A stretch of 64,000 bases of DNA from Cenococcum geophilum (taxonomy: Eukaryota), in NCBI GenBank assembly GCA_050273025.1, contig CP158635.1:32736001-32800000 (forward strand), written 5' to 3'. Within the stretch, counting starts at the first letter, position 1. Each line of letters begins with the position of its first letter. The notes under the pieces are model-generated. The model saw nothing but the letters and a program-made list of their open reading frames with translations, was not told the origin of the DNA and ran no database searches. Shown here piece by piece: positions 63,651 to 64,000 of the stretch. The position numbers were made by a program, and so were the translations under genes.

Positions 63651-64000
63651 TATTAGCATTTTATTAGGGTATTAAGATCCTAGAGGCCTCCTAATAGGAT
63701 TTTGACTTTCCTAGAGGTTCTAATTGTCCTAGTAGGCTCCTAGTAGGCTCCTAGCAGGATTTTAATTTTCTTAATTATCCTAGTTATTCTAACGGGCTCC
63801 TAGTAGGATTTTTAATTTCCTAATTGTCCTTTTACGGTCCTATTAGGGTTTTAATAGGAAACTAGTATTTCCTAATTATTTCTAATAGGCTCTTAGTAGG
63901 ATCTTAATTTTCCTAATTGTCCTATTAGGTTCCTAACAGAATACCCCTAAGCGATACTTCTCCTAACCCCCCCCCCCTTAAAGCAACACCTCCTATATAT
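63651..64000. mobile_element. Second copy of the CATTAG-ended element (left end; runs off the window)
   Basis: ta|tattagcattttattagggtattaagatcctagaggcc aligns with 49793-50090, with extra subterminal repeat units. Confidence 0.88.

Overview
Fungal (filamentous ascomycete, Pezizomycotina-type) genomic window; the species cannot be determined from the sequence. About 80% is a nested graveyard of RIP-mutated transposons (TpA-rich, riddled with TAA/TAG stops): several Ty3/Gypsy families, two Ty1/Copia-type elements, solo LTRs, a TRIM-like element, a non-autonomous hAT, palindromic MITEs and an unclassified CATTAG-ended family. Inside it lies one intact, GC-balanced island of about 12 kb (19199-31378) with three genes. 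These are an intronless F-box-like/LRR-like cytoplasmic protein, a secreted 7-LysM protein (about 802 aa, 9 exons), and, transcribed divergently from it, a subgroup C (killer-toxin-like) GH18 chitinase (about 1772 aa, 8 exons). The chitinase tail is cut into modules by many dibasic (Kex2-type) sites: Cys-rich repeats, a beta-strand-rich domain and a terminal domain of about 335 aa with an HNH-like E-H-x2-E-x-Q ... N-x2-K motif. The best candidate for an undescribed system is this island as a chromosomal chitinase-delivered toxin module (carrier, possible translocation domain, nuclease-like warhead, LysM partner, possible immunity gene). The gene models were read manually from splice signals. 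The toxin and immunity roles are inference.
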